Below are positions 27,301-41,398 of a stretch of 64,000 bases of DNA, piece by piece. Position 1 is the stretch's first letter. Each line of letters opens with the position of its first letter. Position numbers and translations under genes: made by a program. Source of the stretch: Schmidtea polychroa (taxonomy: Eukaryota); assembly GCA_044892525.1 (NCBI GenBank), contig CM097885.1, forward strand, positions 238,206,001-238,270,000, in the 5' to 3' direction. The notes beneath the pieces are model-generated. The model did not search any database. It was given only the letters and a program-made list of their open reading frames with translations, and was not told where the DNA came from.

Positions 27301-28051
27301 AAATTCTCGGGTACTCAAATTGTTTTATAACAGGTTATTAACGCTATGGCGGTCATTATGACCGTCGGTGATATCATGATTCGCCGTGGCTCGTGTGACT
27401 AGCAGCGCCAATTGTGCTCACAAGTTTGAACTTGTTTTTTACCACAATGGTCCTAATTGTTTATATCAGCCTCTAGGACCACGTGAGCACACAACACCAT
27501 TTCATAGTATATATCAGTATATTGTACTTCAATCGTCAAGTTTTCGATTTGTTTATACAAAACAAGATTCTCTTTTTTCAAAATGTATCTTGGCTGACAG
27601 AGACATTTTGCAAAATTTTCACTTGGCGCTTAACTTGTTAATAATTTCTTTTTGAATTTGTGTCAATAATTTAATTGATTTATTAAAATGGATTACTATT
27701 CAATATTATTATTTAATTTATTCAATAATATAACGGTGAGTCTTTATTTGATAATTTTCGAGGCTCACCGTCATTACAGTGATATAGGCGTCACCACTAA
27801 GAATTATTTATATGAACGTTTTTAAATTTCCCATTGACCATTATTTATGATTTTTGTTTACTTAGTATTTTGAAGGATGAATTAATGGAAAGCAATTTTG
27901 CTCAAGCTATGCACATTGTTCAGGTATAATTATAAAGCAAAAGTTTTGATAATAATTACTATTTTCTAAGAATATTCAAACATCTGAGATAGATATTGAT
28001 AAAGTAATGCAGAAATCTTTGGAATATTACTTTCGATATGGAGATTGTTGA
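18308..28051 (+). CDS. TBC1D13: Host Rab GTPase-activating protein (TBC domain), last four exons: 18308-18451, 25792-25873, 27866-27923, 27971-28051
   Basis: Spliced translation YRLTQFMDYLKDIDLEVIQKLEEIKLLPEYYAFRWVTLYLSREFTMP-DVIRLWDSLFSVKNRLDFMIYVCCALIV-ILKDELMESNFAQAMHIVQ-NIQTSEIDIDKVMQKS...* matches the TBC1D13 C-terminus as recalled. GT-AG junctions are in phase; AATAAA at ~28089. Upstream exons were not found. Confidence 0.85.
18900..19160. repeat. Direct repeats (taatactttgttaattgtccggaggcaaatatttagtccggtatt), probable non-autonomous transposon remnant
   Basis: Unit at ~18907 and ~18999, with a degenerate third copy at ~19128. Confidence 0.7.
19780..20790 (+). pseudogene. Degraded Penelope-like retroelement (RT plus GIY-YIG)
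   Basis: Remnant motifs VAMGLPLAPTLA, YKR.VDDVF, LHSNIKFIVE and ETSRHLPTRIQEH, with many stops. Confidence 0.75.
22201..24745 (-). mobile_element. Full-length hAT transposon (Buster/SPIN/GTF2IRD2-like) in a TBC1D13 intron
   Basis: TIRs CAAGGGTGGGCA / TGCCCACCGTTG; perfect 8-bp TSD ttatatgt (22193-22200, 24746-24753). Confidence 0.95.
22412..24260 (-). pseudogene. hAT transposase with a single frameshift near 23925
   Basis: BED-like zinc finger (CLIC...NLRRHYEVSH), LALDESTD, TDGAPAM, CIIH, VRWLS and FGTTYCCESLYS. The two ORFs join as IAWK-(I)-ARAKRTYGEGEFIK. Confidence 0.9.
26650..26935. repeat. Degenerate ~20-bp minisatellite (aacatttctaattcaa-like)
   Basis: About 14 imperfect copies read directly. 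Confidence 0.8.
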
Positions 28052-28139
28052 TATAAACATATCTTGCCTTGCGCTCAATTTGATTATAAATAAATTTTCT
28101 TTATATTATAAATATAAATTTTGTTGGGTTTTCTATTTC

Positions 28140-28143
<4 letters not shown>

Positions 28144-28172
<29 letters not shown>
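28144..28172. repeat. (TA)n microsatellite
   Basis: Read directly. Confidence 0.95.
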
Positions 28173-28176
<4 letters not shown>

Positions 28177-28199
28177 TGTTATTGATGTCCTTGTGCAAT

Positions 28200-31100
28200 T
28201 CACAATAGTGTAAAAATGTCATGAATTCCATTTGAATAATTGTCTGTTGGATCAATTGAAGGAATAAACTATTTTGTTTTAATTGGCAATTGTTTCCTAT
28301 GACATATATAACTTCGTTGGAAAATATAGTATGTTCGACTTCTGCTTCTTGCCAATTTATTCTCTTTTCAGCTACTTGTAAATCTATATCAGAATCTAAG
28401 CTTAAGTTTTCAGTTGTGTTGTGATTTCAAACATTTTCTATAAGTAAAGGTTTGAACAGTTTCTGCATTGTTATCCAGATGTAGCCAGTTTGTAATATCA
28501 TTTTATTGGATGTTTACAAATGGTTTTTATTGGACTTCAAGATTTCGAAAATTTCATCGTGAGACGAGTTGTTACATGGTGTTTGATTACCATCAAACTA
28601 CAATTCCAGCCATTTGCTAAAGTTGAGCATTTTGCTTTGGTCTAGATAAACGCTGCATTAAATTTTACATCTTTGATGTTATAAAATCGTTTAAAATGTT
28701 GGGTATATTGCGTTACTCGGTATCACTCCTTGATTAATCCTTTTATTAATCAAATAGAACCACCTAAACACAATAATGCTTATTTGGAATTATCTCAATT
28801 ACACCATTTTTCTCTTACACACTTGCTCTGCACACTTCAATTTCAATCTGAACCTTGTGCAGGGATTAGTCTTCCAACGAGAGATGTCCCTATCTGGCAC
28901 GCTATATTCAAAAATATTCAGTTATCACTAAATTAAACTTCCCTTTGCTTCCTTTCGCTAGACTATCCCTTTTCTTTCTTCGACCTGCTGGCGATTCTGT
29001 TTACTCGCCGGTCACTTTTATACCCACCCCGTAATTTTATAACTGTGGTTGCCAACTCCGCAATTTCTCAACGCTACAATCCGTACCGCCATGGACTCTA
29101 TTTGATAGGCTAAGAATTGGTCCACAATGACCTGAAACTTTTGGATCCTAGTTTTCGATTGCGTTTGTAATTGACTTATCTGCTTCATCCGCTTCTGCAT
29201 GTTCTCGGGGCGGAACCATTTAACTTCTAGCTTGCGTGTCATCCTTTTGGGCTTCTCGACACAAGCACGAAATGTCACTACTAGTTGCATAGCAGCTTCA
29301 CTGTTTGGCCTCATGCTTTTGACGAGTTGTACAAATAAATAATAATAATAATTAAAAGAATGTATCCATTTCTGGGGTGAAGGTAGATTTGACCCCTCCA
29401 AAATCATCTTTATTACATTCCGTCCGGACCTCATCGTTCAATTAACCACAATCCACATTCATTCCTTCAGTCTCACATACAAAATAACTCATTAAAACTA
29501 CTATTTTATTATCGATAAAATTGAAATGATCATTAAAACGTTTAGAGTCAACTTCACCCGGTTGGTTTACTGCGTCGACATTCTTAGTCATTATTGACCG
29601 ACCAAGCGCCTGAAACCTTAGCCCAGTGATCTATTATGATTGCTCATATTTTGCTTCCACTGGTCATTGTCGGATGAATTTTGATTCATTTGATGAAGTC
29701 TTCTCTCCAGTCGTACTCAGACCGCTTTAACAAGTCATCACCAATACTTGGAATATTATCCGGTCCGAACAGCCATAACTTTCTGAAGGCCGTTCGTACC
29801 ATTTGGAAAACATTAAATCTGGCCGAACGTGTGTGATCAAATGTCGGTTCTTGTTTTATCAGCCTCATAAGGATGATTTTCTCAGGATTAGCGCTCGTTG
29901 CCGCTTAAGGGCTGGACACGATTTCTGGTCTCTTGTCGATAATTCCGGCTCCATGCTTCAAAGGACTCTCGGCTATCGTCATATCTCTTTCGTCATAGTT
30001 TGAAATGATCAAATATCACACATGTCTCCTGCTACCTTCAAAATTAGAAAAAAAACATGAATTTTAATGATGATAATTATAACACACTTCAACATTAGGC
30101 CATATAGGCATATGTGCAAAGGGGCTCCTGACGCATGGATTCCTTGTATTAATACTCTATTTGTTAAGATTGATTTGGCGGATAAGTTACCTAACACAAT
30201 TACTAAATTACCGGACTCCAAAAGATAATTTAGCATGTATAAATAAATATATGATTTACTAAGATAACTTTTGGTACTTTTGGTGGATAATGGCCATCCC
30301 AAAATCTGCTTCTTCATCCATACATCTCTGGCCATCTTCCATCTGAGTAAAAATATTTTGGAACAATATGCTAATATTGTCACAATCCTTACTCTATCTA
30401 AACCCTTTTGGGAACTCTTTTCAATGAATTTTTGTATCTCAGCTTGCGGAATGTTCTTGGGCATCTTTTTCATCGACCCTTGAATAGATAATGGTTCATA
30501 ATCGACTTCAATACTCTTTATTGGCTTTACGCGCTACCCTGGCTTAATCTGGCCAATTATTTGCGTCAATCTCCGCTATAGCAAGGATTTCTCAGGGATG
30601 TTATCTCCCTCTATTTGTGTTTCAACTTCTTGTGCTATAGCTTCTAACGTCTTCATTTGTAAATTTTGAATCTTCTCTTGATTCAATTGCTTCTTTGGTG
30701 GAGGTTTCATTTGATTCTTTCTTGGAAACCTCGCCCATCTTTATTTTTCTTTTCTGTCGACTGTATTGGCTTATCTTCTACAACTGCATGTGAAGTAGTA
30801 GACCCGACATTTGTTTCTTCTGAATTGAGTTTCACATATTCGGTGAAAAAATCTTCACCATCAATATCCACCTCAATAGGCGGGATTATTATGTTTGCTT
30901 ATACGCCTTCATTGCCATTTGATAACCTAAATAGTGATCATTGTGTTTCCGGTGGTGTCACAGGGATGATTGTTGCCGTGGTTTTCTGAGAAGGCAAACA
31001 TCCCACATCCACCAGATATTCGTGGTCAAACACAAACCCTCTATGGATGGTGATTAAAATTATGTCTGCTGCTTGCCCATGCCAACAAAATCCTTCCTCA

Positions 31101-31515
31101 AGGCTTTTACTTTACTGAAGCAATGATATTACTGTGTTATTGGCTCTTGACCAATGAACGGCACGTTTATATATACTGGTCTTATATATACAGAGCAAGT
31201 GTCTGATGGCCTGTCTATTTTTCTCAATAGCTCCTTTATCTCTGTCTGATAAGGGCTTAATTCATTGATTTCTGGTAAAACAAGTGGTATTATCGTTTCT
31301 AATGTTTCTACTGGGATGAATAGCTTTAACATCCAGTCTAGCATCTCCTTAATCGTTTCTCCATTTCTTGGAGATTTTCGTAACTCCAGGCCCAGTCTGT
31401 GAATCAGCTGCTGAGATTGCTCTAACTACTCAATCTCCATCTGCATGACCAAAAACACCCTACCCTAAGACCGGTCTAACGTCCATTTCACTGTCAATGT
31501 TGTTACTCTCCCTGG
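28200..31515 (-). pseudogene. Unidentified degraded coding-like segment
   Basis: Higher GC than the flanks, with a chain of broken minus-strand ORFs (31129, 30009, 29686, 29018); no motif recognised. Confidence 0.35.
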
Positions 31516-31705
31516 TAAAAAGGTAATATTCTATTTTGGAGCAATGTTTATTAAATAATGAATAAATATAAATATTAAATAGTGTGTGTAGGTTTGGATA
31601 AAATTTCTTTATAAATTACTTAATATAGTTTTTTTCAACTATTTCTATTTATAGTAATTACATAGTTATTTATAATAATTGTTCATTTTATTTAATTATT
31701 TATAC

Positions 31706-33251
<1,546 letters not shown>

Positions 33252-33397
33252 TGTTCCACTTCCCTCTGATCCTTCAAATTCGACATTCTACAATTTTCAT
33301 TATAGGTTACTACTAATTTTATTTAAATTATCACGCTGACTAGCAATGTAAAGTATTATCGTTTTATTATTAATTTTCCGTTTCTGTCTAATTAAAA

Positions 33398-33610
33398 TGG
33401 TTCATTTATGATATTAATTTTCCTATCTATTGAAAATTTATTCATTCATGATACAAATTTTCTCACTTATTTAAAATTGTTCGTTTATGATATTCATTTT
33501 CCTACTCATTTAAAATTATTCATTTATTATACAAATTTTCCCACTTATTTAAAATTGTTCATTTATGATATTCATTTTCCTACTCATTTAAAATTATTCA
33601 TTTATTCTAT
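33398..33610. repeat. ~30/60-bp tandem repeat
   Basis: ttcatttatgatattcattttcctactcatttaaaatt and variants recur. Confidence 0.8.
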
Positions 33611-34984
33611 TACTTTTCTTTTTCATTTTGTTTAAATTTATCTATTTAGGAATCCCTTTTTAAATCGAAGAGCGCTCCGACCAAAAAAAAAATTATGTGT
33701 CTGTGGCCAATGAGGACTCGCTATCGTAAAAATTTCAGGTAATTGCACCGATTCTTCATTATTTACTTTCCGTGTTTTGGTTTCAGCCGATGAGCGCCCC
33801 AGAAGATCCATTCGGCCACTCTGACACAGAAGCCATGCACCTCTCAACTGGGTGAATATGAACTGGACTTTCTGTGTCCCTCCATCGATTATGACTGGGC
33901 AGATTGAACCTCTGCGAAGAGCTATTGGGGGTCAGTTGCCCCGGTGAATTTATTATGAATAAATGAGGTTTAAATTTGATTTTGTTCTTTAACTCTTCGT
34001 TTTATAATTGTACAAATTTTACCTTTTCGTTTTCGTGTTGCAATCCGGAACTGGGAGATGATCAAGTATAATTATTTTGGAGAAATTTTCCTAAATTTGG
34101 TACTTAACGAATATATATACCTAATATGTTTATCAAATAGTACTAGCCGAGTTGTGCATTTATAACGGATATATAGGTAATATGGTTATAAGGAAATTCT
34201 CAACTTTATAAGCAAGGTAACTTGATTAGTCCATTGACTAATAATCCTAGGTAATTTATGAACCTCGCAAGCGGGGTGTGTCTAATTGCTATAGTTATTG
34301 ATCGACTTGTAGGCAATGTATATATAATTAATGGATTCATTAATGGGTATAGAGGGTTTATAAATTTTATAAGTGATATATTTATTCGTAGTCATGGGGG
34401 ATGTATGAGTTGTACCAAGTATATATAATGACCATATGGATTCGTGGCTGATCTAGGATTTGGTAAATAATGTATAAGCATAGTTAATTTATTTATCATT
34501 AGACGTAAATGATTTGTCGATGGTATAAGTGATAAATACATAAATAATAGGCCTAATAACAATTATCGATTTATGAGTAGTATACCTAAGTAATATCATA
34601 TATGAGGTATTCTATGGGTTAGCTTGGGATGTATAAATGATATAAATAGGGTTTCTAAGTACTATCAAGTGGTCGAATATAAGCCCTGAACACCGGGGGT
34701 GATTTATAACATTATAATGTATAAGTAAGATTATCTGTATAATGACGAGTTAGTCTTAATCGTGGATGAACTAGACGATTTAAAAATAATGTGGAAATGA
34801 TTGCTATATTTATAAATGAGTAGTAGCCTACTACTAGTAGGGTTTATAACTAATAGATGAAAATGCATTCAAATAGCTCCCGAGAGTTTACGACTTCATA
34901 AGTAGTACATATACGAGTGGTAGTGATACGAAATATACATCATAGGTATTAAATTCATCAGTAATATATAGGAGTAGTATTGAC

Positions 34985-35290
34985 AGAAATTATGATCTGC
35001 AAGTTTATGAGTAGTATATTCTAGTAGTATTAATATGAAGTATAAATTATAATTTGTACTCTTATAAGTAACATGTTTGAGTAGTATTGACAAAAAAAAA
35101 TAAATTATGATTTGTAATTTTATAAGTAGTATATATCAGTAATATATCAATATGAAGTATAAATTATAATTTGCACTTTTATAAGTAATATATTCGAGCA
35201 GTATTGATCAAAAAAAAATTAAATTATGATTGGTAATTCTATAAGTAGTATACATTAGGAATATAACATAATATTTTGTAAGTAATATAT
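34985..35290. repeat. ~115-120-bp degenerate tandem repeat, 2-3 copies
   Basis: aaattatgat...ataagtagtatat...aatatgaagtataaattataatttg recurs at ~34988, 35102 and 35221. Confidence 0.7.
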
Positions 35291-37739
35291 GCAGTAACGC
35301 ATTTATTAATGGTTAATGAGTTTCACGAGCAAGGCATGTAGGATGATTGTACCGATTAGTGAACATCATAATTAAAAAGTATATACCTAATAATATACTT
35401 AGTAGCAATCGGGGAAGGTCTATAAGTTTTATAAATAGGTTATATAATTTCAATATATCCATTAGTTGAGGTAGATAAGCAGTATATTTAATACTAAATT
35501 TTGGACATCGATGTAGGATCGTAATTTAAAAAAAAATTCATATGTTTATTAACTTATAATTTCCTAAAAAGACCGATTAGTGTAAGTTTATAGTTGATCC
35601 ATACAATTGTAAGGTTTTTTATTATATAGTGCATAAGTGTATAATTTATATAATGTATATATATAATTGTAGGGTTTATTTGTTATATAATTCATAAGTA
35701 TATAACTGGTAATTTATACAAGCCATAATTCATATATAATTTACAATTTAGTATTTACAATTTAAAATTTATATTTAATTTATATCTCATGTGATTTATA
35801 AGTTTACATCCAATTATAGGTTTATACTCTATTATCAGCTTTTAGAAAGTGCAATCTTATGAAAAATTAATCCCGCATAATTTTATAGTTTATATCAAAT
35901 TATAGAGTAAGATTTATACTTTTATACATAGATTGGTAGTCGGGAATACTAGTTAAAAAAAAAAAGTTTTTTAATTTCCTAATCAATACTCTTATAATCG
36001 GTGGTAATTCATAAATTTAACTTGAAAGAGGTTTAGCCAACTACATATTTGGTGTATTGTAGTTAATTTAAGTCCGGAGCTCTACTCCATTTTTCATCCT
36101 TAGGGTAGTGTATCACTGTGGAATTTTAATGTATAGATTATATGTACATTATGCGTGTGAAAAGTCAATTTACAGCAAATATTGCCTGCTTTCGGGGCCT
36201 CACTGTGCTCCCTACGACAAGCCCTTATTGTGAATGTAAGCGGTAATATACTACCGTGTATTATAATATCGATAACGAGTTCCGCGAACTCCATCGCCCG
36301 GAGGTGATTCATCGACGAACCCAGCGGCGTATACCACTGAGTCGGTACGACCTCCGACGACCCCACCATTATAATATTGAGGTGCATGCCAGGCAGTGGC
36401 CTGCTTACGTCAAGGCTGCGTGCACAATGACGTTGTAAATATTGATGCCCATTTGGTATGTGAGACGGACCAAAATCGATGATAAATTCGATCGATGTTG
36501 GCCCCTCTAAAAAAATTTAAAAGGGGGTTCATTAATTAGAATCCTTTGGAGATTAATGCATAATAAATATTTAATATATATACCAAATACATGATAAAAA
36601 TAAACAACTGCATCAAATAAAAGAACAATTCTTACTTAAATATTTCTGATGAAGTTATAATAATAACAAGAAAAAAATTTTTTGGCATAAAGATTAACTT
36701 GTGACTAAAATGCGTCGGTATATATACCTATTTTGTACACGTGTATGTATTGATGCATTAAAACAAACTCGACTTCCTTTTATTCCAGAATTTTCTATTT
36801 TACGATTTTGCTATTTTTAATGGCAATTTTTGTGCCATAATTTTTGTTTTTATTTTTATCTTTTTATTTTTTACTTATTTTTCATTAATTTTACGTCCAT
36901 GATGGATTTGGAACGGTTCCAGAACATTCTATTTTACTTTTAATTTAATTTTTATTTTAACTGATATTTTTATGAATTTCTTTTTTGAGATTTTTGGTTT
37001 TAATACTAATTTATTTATTTTCCTTAACTTTTGTTGTTCTAGATGACTTTTGTGTTGGCCATCGCCATTTTTATAGAATGTTCTGGGTTTTTCTGGAATG
37101 TTTTACTGTTTTTATCGTCTTTTAAGTTATTCGAGTTTGCTTTTTGTGACTTTGTTTTTATTTGGTTATTTTTGAGTTAGATTTTGCATAACTTCTTGCT
37201 CTTGTATAATTTTATTTACTTTCGGTGTTTATATTTTTCTGTTGTTTTCTCTTTTAATCAATATTGTTTATTTGGTGTATTTTTGATATTTAATTATACT
37301 TTTTGCTTTTTCCATGTTATGTACCTACGCATTCTAGTCACAATTATAGTTGGGATCTAGAAGTCAGTTCTAGCCCAACATAAAACACTCGGGGGCCCAT
37401 AAAATTGCGACCCGCAATTTAAATCAAAAGATGGATAAGATTAATTTTCAGAATACTTGCACTATATTACAAGTGCCTACATGCAAATTGGGTCCACGAG
37501 CTACAGGGTCGTGACCTCAATACCCACATACATAAAAATGCTACTATTACACTACATTTTACAGATGGGTCGAAAGATGAAGAAAAAGAACGACCGAGGT
37601 CGGTCCACATAGAATTAAAATTATCATGCTCAAGAATCAGTATCATTAATCGTAGTCTCAATCTTTGAAATCAATTGTTTAATCAGGATGATTCATCGTT
37701 TGTAATGTCGTGAAATGTTTTTACTGTCATGATGTAACA

Positions 37740-38726
37740 CTAATAAAATTCTGTTGTTCGGGATCTCGTCTCGATGACGGCTCTGGTTTCAATGTTTGGG
37801 GAGGATTTGAAATATCTTGGTTGGTTCGTTGTTTGGAGTAGCTGTTCTTCCATTGGGATACGAATACTCCTTGATTGTTCTTTTAGTTTGAGGGTTTTGT
37901 TTCTTGCTTTACTGGAAGTGGGTTTGAGTGCAATCAGGCTCAGTACGGTGATGTTTATCATTAGGCTTGCCGCTAATAGGATCAATATTGTGAGGGGTTC
38001 AGATTCTCTTAGTTCTACTACTTTGGGTTTGTTTATCATTTCTCCCAATTGGGTTGTATCTGTAATTTCTGATTTTTCGGGTTTGTTGAATTTGTTTTCT
38101 TCCGGGGTGACAACTTTCTTTATTTCCTCCAGGGTTTTAATCATCTTCTCGGAGTTCATTGGGTTTTTGTTTATGGTAGTTAGGACTTCTTTTGTCATTT
38201 CTTTCAAGGTTTTCGTTACCTCATTTTTAATGCTGGGTTCCTCTTTGATGATGGAAGTTATTTTTCCTTTCATTTCCTCTAAAGATTTTACTACTATTTC
38301 GCAATTGCTTGAACGTCCATTGGCGGTTGCTGTTACCTGTTGTTTTATTTCCTCTAATATTATTACCATTATTCTCATTGCGGCCGGATCCGTTTGGGTT
38401 TCTTTCTTTGATTTCTGGCTTTGGAATTGTTTGGCTAATGTTGCTATCTGGGTTCTGATAACTTTCATTTCTTGTTCTAATATTGTTTTTATTGTCTGAG
38501 CCATTTGCATTTCCGTCGAACTTCCAGTTGTTTGTGGACATTGCGAACATTGCAACTTGATTTGTTCGCATTCTTCATTGGGTTTTTCACAGATTGATTT
38601 AAAGCTACTACAGGTGCTATCTTCTCTGCGATATGGGTATTCTTTCTGGCATCTGATCATTGATTCTTCAGCTTGCAGGATTCTGGGCATTGTCATTATG
38701 ATTATCACCACGGTTAGGCTTCTCAT
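37740..38726 (-). CDS. Type I membrane protein with a single TNFR-like Cys-rich domain and a TRAF-binding-like tail motif
   Basis: Signal peptide MRSLTVVIIIMTMPRILQA; CQKEYPYRREDSTCSSFKSICEKPNEECEQIKLQCSQC; helical stalk; TM LTILILLAASLMINITVLSLIAL; tail PMEE. Confidence 0.6.
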   Translation of the reverse strand: MRSLTVVIIIMTMPRILQAEESMIRCQKEYPYRREDSTCSSFKSICEKPNEECEQIKLQCSQCPQTTGSSTEMQMAQTIKTILEQEMKVIRTQIATLAKQFQSQKSKKETQTDPAAMRIMVIILEEIKQQVTATANGRSSNCEIVVKSLEEMKGKITSIIKEEPSIKNEVTKTLKEMTKEVLTTINKNPMNSEKMIKTLEEIKKVVTPEENKFNKPEKSEITDTTQLGEMINKPKVVELRESEPLTILILLAASLMINITVLSLIALKPTSSKARNKTLKLKEQSRSIRIPMEEQLLQTTNQPRYFKSSPNIETRAVIETRSRTTEFY

Positions 38727-38802
38727 CTTTACATATACATATACGTTAATAATAATTACTTGGCTTTATTTACAATTTATTTACACAGTTATTTTATCTC
38801 AT

Positions 38803-39690
38803 TTATTGGGAGCCACCGACCTCATCCCTTAATTTTACGGGAGGTTCAGGTGCTCGTCTTTTACTCAACTCGTTCATCCTTATTACTTCGAGTTGCGTTG
38901 CCATCAACTGTCTCTTTAATTCTGGTATTTCTTGTAATCGCTTCTCTTCACTTTTCCATTTTCTCTGTCTGATGGTCATTGTCGTCTGCAGTGCTTGCAT
39001 GCTTCGTCGTTTTTGATTTAAAATTCTCCGATAATTCTCTTTCAACTTCCATTGTTTTTCTGTTTCCTCTCTTTGTTCCTTGATCTCCTCCTTGAGTCTT
39101 GTGTTTCTCTTGTCGACCTTTTTACTTTCCCGCATTCTCGTTTTTGCATAAGCGTATTGTGCTTCCAATTGTTCGATATAAACTTGGTCGATATTCACAA
39201 TCTTTTTCAACTTCCTTGTTTCTGATTTCCAATAGTCTTCGATTACTGCCTGAGCTCTCAACTCTACTATCTCTTGTCTCAGGTTTTTATTTTCCGTCTC
39301 TTTTAGTTTCGATTCATTTATTTCCCTCAAAATTTCCTGCTTGACAGCGTTTATTAATCGTCTTGATTGAACAATATGCTGTCTCAATCTCGTAATCTCT
39401 ACATTTTGATTTGCGATTTTTGTTTTGAACAACTTCTTGCTGACTCTCCATTTATTACTATAATATTTCATCGGTTCTTGTTTGATTGGTATCGTATTCT
39501 GGCTTTGTTCAGGTTGGTCAATTGATTTTCTTGCGTTACTCGTTGATTCTCTGTCTTTTAAATAATTCATATCTACAAAAATATACACATCATTTTCCTT
39601 TCGTCTCCCTTTTATTTTGAATTTTTGGTTTTGTAATTTGTAATTTTTATTTGGTTTTGGCTTTATGATTTTTTTTTTTTTTTTTGTCAT
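38803..39690 (-). CDS. Basic coiled-coil protein of unknown function
   Basis: 295-aa ORF with K/R/E-rich heptads. Confidence 0.7.
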   Translation of the reverse strand: MTKKKKKIIKPKPNKNYKLQNQKFKIKGRRKENDVYIFVDMNYLKDRESTSNARKSIDQPEQSQNTIPIKQEPMKYYSNKWRVSKKLFKTKIANQNVEITRLRQHIVQSRRLINAVKQEILREINESKLKETENKNLRQEIVELRAQAVIEDYWKSETRKLKKIVNIDQVYIEQLEAQYAYAKTRMRESKKVDKRNTRLKEEIKEQREETEKQWKLKENYRRILNQKRRSMQALQTTMTIRQRKWKSEEKRLQEIPELKRQLMATQLEVIRMNELSKRRAPEPPVKLRDEVGGSQ

Positions 39691-39717
39691 TCTTATTTAC
39701 AGGCAACCTCTCTCCGA

Positions 39718-41316
39718 CTAAATCCATGTTGCGTTATTTTGTTCGTTATTTTCTTCGAAGCCTTCATCTGTTGTGACTTCGGCAGGCTGTGGCACTTGTA
39801 ATGGGAACGGGTAGAGTGGCATTAATAGTATTGGTGGTTGTCTTCTTAACCGATCTACTTCCTCCCGCAATTCCGTTGAGATGTTTATTTCTTCATCCAA
39901 CAGAAACGTTAATCTACTTTCGTTTTCTATCATCTCATCCAATTCCTCTTCCAATCGTTGGGTTTTTTCAAGCATTTTCAACTTCTCGATTTCTGCTCTC
40001 AGATTCGCTTCATTTTCTTCGAAGCATCGTTTTATTATCTCGGTTTCCTGTTTGGCTTGTTGAATTGCCTTATCGCACTCCTCTCTACATTTCGCATTAA
40101 GCGCAATCTGATGCTTCCAATTTACATCCCTTTGGGTGTACATACCTTTGTATCCGTTCATTTCTTGATTGGCTTCCTCCACTTCGGTTTGTAATTGTCG
40201 GATCTGTCGATCTTGGTCTGTCAATTGTTGTTCCCATCTCTTTTCCTGGTATTCATACCTTCTTATTTCTCGAGTCTGTTTCTTTATGATTCTCTGTCTA
40301 CCGTCGCTGATCCGCGTCTTGATTCTATGTTCTCTACTCAGTCGGCTGATCTCATCTTTTTGGTTTTCTATCGTTTCCCATATTTTAAATTCGTCTCTTT
40401 CCATCAGTTTCATTGGTAACTGTCTTAACTCCTCTTTGGTCTCTTTCCAATTCTTTTTCCATTTTCGGGCTTGATGCTTGAGACACTTTTCGGTTTCCTC
40501 AAATTTCTGCTGTCGTTTTCTCCACTCTACTTCCTCTTCCTCTCGCTGTGTAGCCCTTGTTTCGTAAAATTCTTGGTCTGCTTTTCGTAATCGCAGTTGT
40601 TCCTTGCTACTGATTTTCCAATAGAGCACTTGGGTTTGACTTCCTAGGTATTTATACTTCCATTTCTGAGCTTGTATCTTTATTTGTGTGTTAATTCGCT
40701 CTAATACGTTATCTTTAACGATTGGTTCTTTACGTGGTGTTCTCCTCCCTTGTCCCCTGACTTCGTTTAGGGTCTTTTTGCATCTTTCCCATTTTTCTTT
40801 CATCATTGCACATTGGTTCTTTGCTTCTTCTAGTTCTACTTTATACCCTCGTATTTGATGTTCGTGACTATCATTCTGTCTCGTTTGGAGGGTTTCGTAT
40901 TTTCGTTTCCATTGTTGCGCTTGCAGTTTTATTCGTTCCGTTTTACGCTGTTCTTCCTCGTATTGCTCCTTTGCTTCTCTAATTTGTGTCTTCTGCATTA
41001 TTATCTCTCCGCATAACCCAACTATCTCCATAATCCGCTGAGTTCGTAAGTTCGAGAGCTCCTCCTCCAATTCTTGGTATGTTGATGTATTTCTCACATC
41101 TTCGGTTAATTCCTCTACCTGTTTCATCCACTTCTCTTTTGCTGCTAGTGCCTCCGCCTTCTCCACTTCTAACTCTTGTTGCTTTTTCTCATACATGGTT
41201 TTGTACATTTCTATTTCTTTCTTTACTCTTTCTGCTTCGTATGTTTGTATGATGGATTTGTACTGTTCGAGTTGTTGCATCTCGGTTTCCACATAGGTTT
41301 GTGATTCTTTATTCAT
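39718..41316 (-). CDS. Long coiled-coil protein with repeated (Q)AQxWK motifs
   Basis: 532-aa ORF; QAQQWKRKY, QAQKWKYKY, QARKWKKNW. Confidence 0.8.
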   Translation of the reverse strand: MNKESQTYVETEMQQLEQYKSIIQTYEAERVKKEIEMYKTMYEKKQQELEVEKAEALAAKEKWMKQVEELTEDVRNTSTYQELEEELSNLRTQRIMEIVGLCGEIIMQKTQIREAKEQYEEEQRKTERIKLQAQQWKRKYETLQTRQNDSHEHQIRGYKVELEEAKNQCAMMKEKWERCKKTLNEVRGQGRRTPRKEPIVKDNVLERINTQIKIQAQKWKYKYLGSQTQVLYWKISSKEQLRLRKADQEFYETRATQREEEEVEWRKRQQKFEETEKCLKHQARKWKKNWKETKEELRQLPMKLMERDEFKIWETIENQKDEISRLSREHRIKTRISDGRQRIIKKQTREIRRYEYQEKRWEQQLTDQDRQIRQLQTEVEEANQEMNGYKGMYTQRDVNWKHQIALNAKCREECDKAIQQAKQETEIIKRCFEENEANLRAEIEKLKMLEKTQRLEEELDEMIENESRLTFLLDEEINISTELREEVDRLRRQPPILLMPLYPFPLQVPQPAEVTTDEGFEENNEQNNATWI

Positions 41317-41398
41317 TGTCTAAATAATTACACTATTACTACCACTATTATTTCGTACATTTATTATCTACACTTTATACACGGAATTTTAATTTTCG

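Noticed and set aside
27337..27800. Possible piggyBac-like remnant after a TTAA
   Set aside because: No matching second TIR or convincing transposase motif could be established.
33252..37740. Inner boundary of the 3' LTR and polypurine tract
   Set aside because: The second LTR copy is cut off by the window and no unambiguous PPT was found, so no boundary is asserted.
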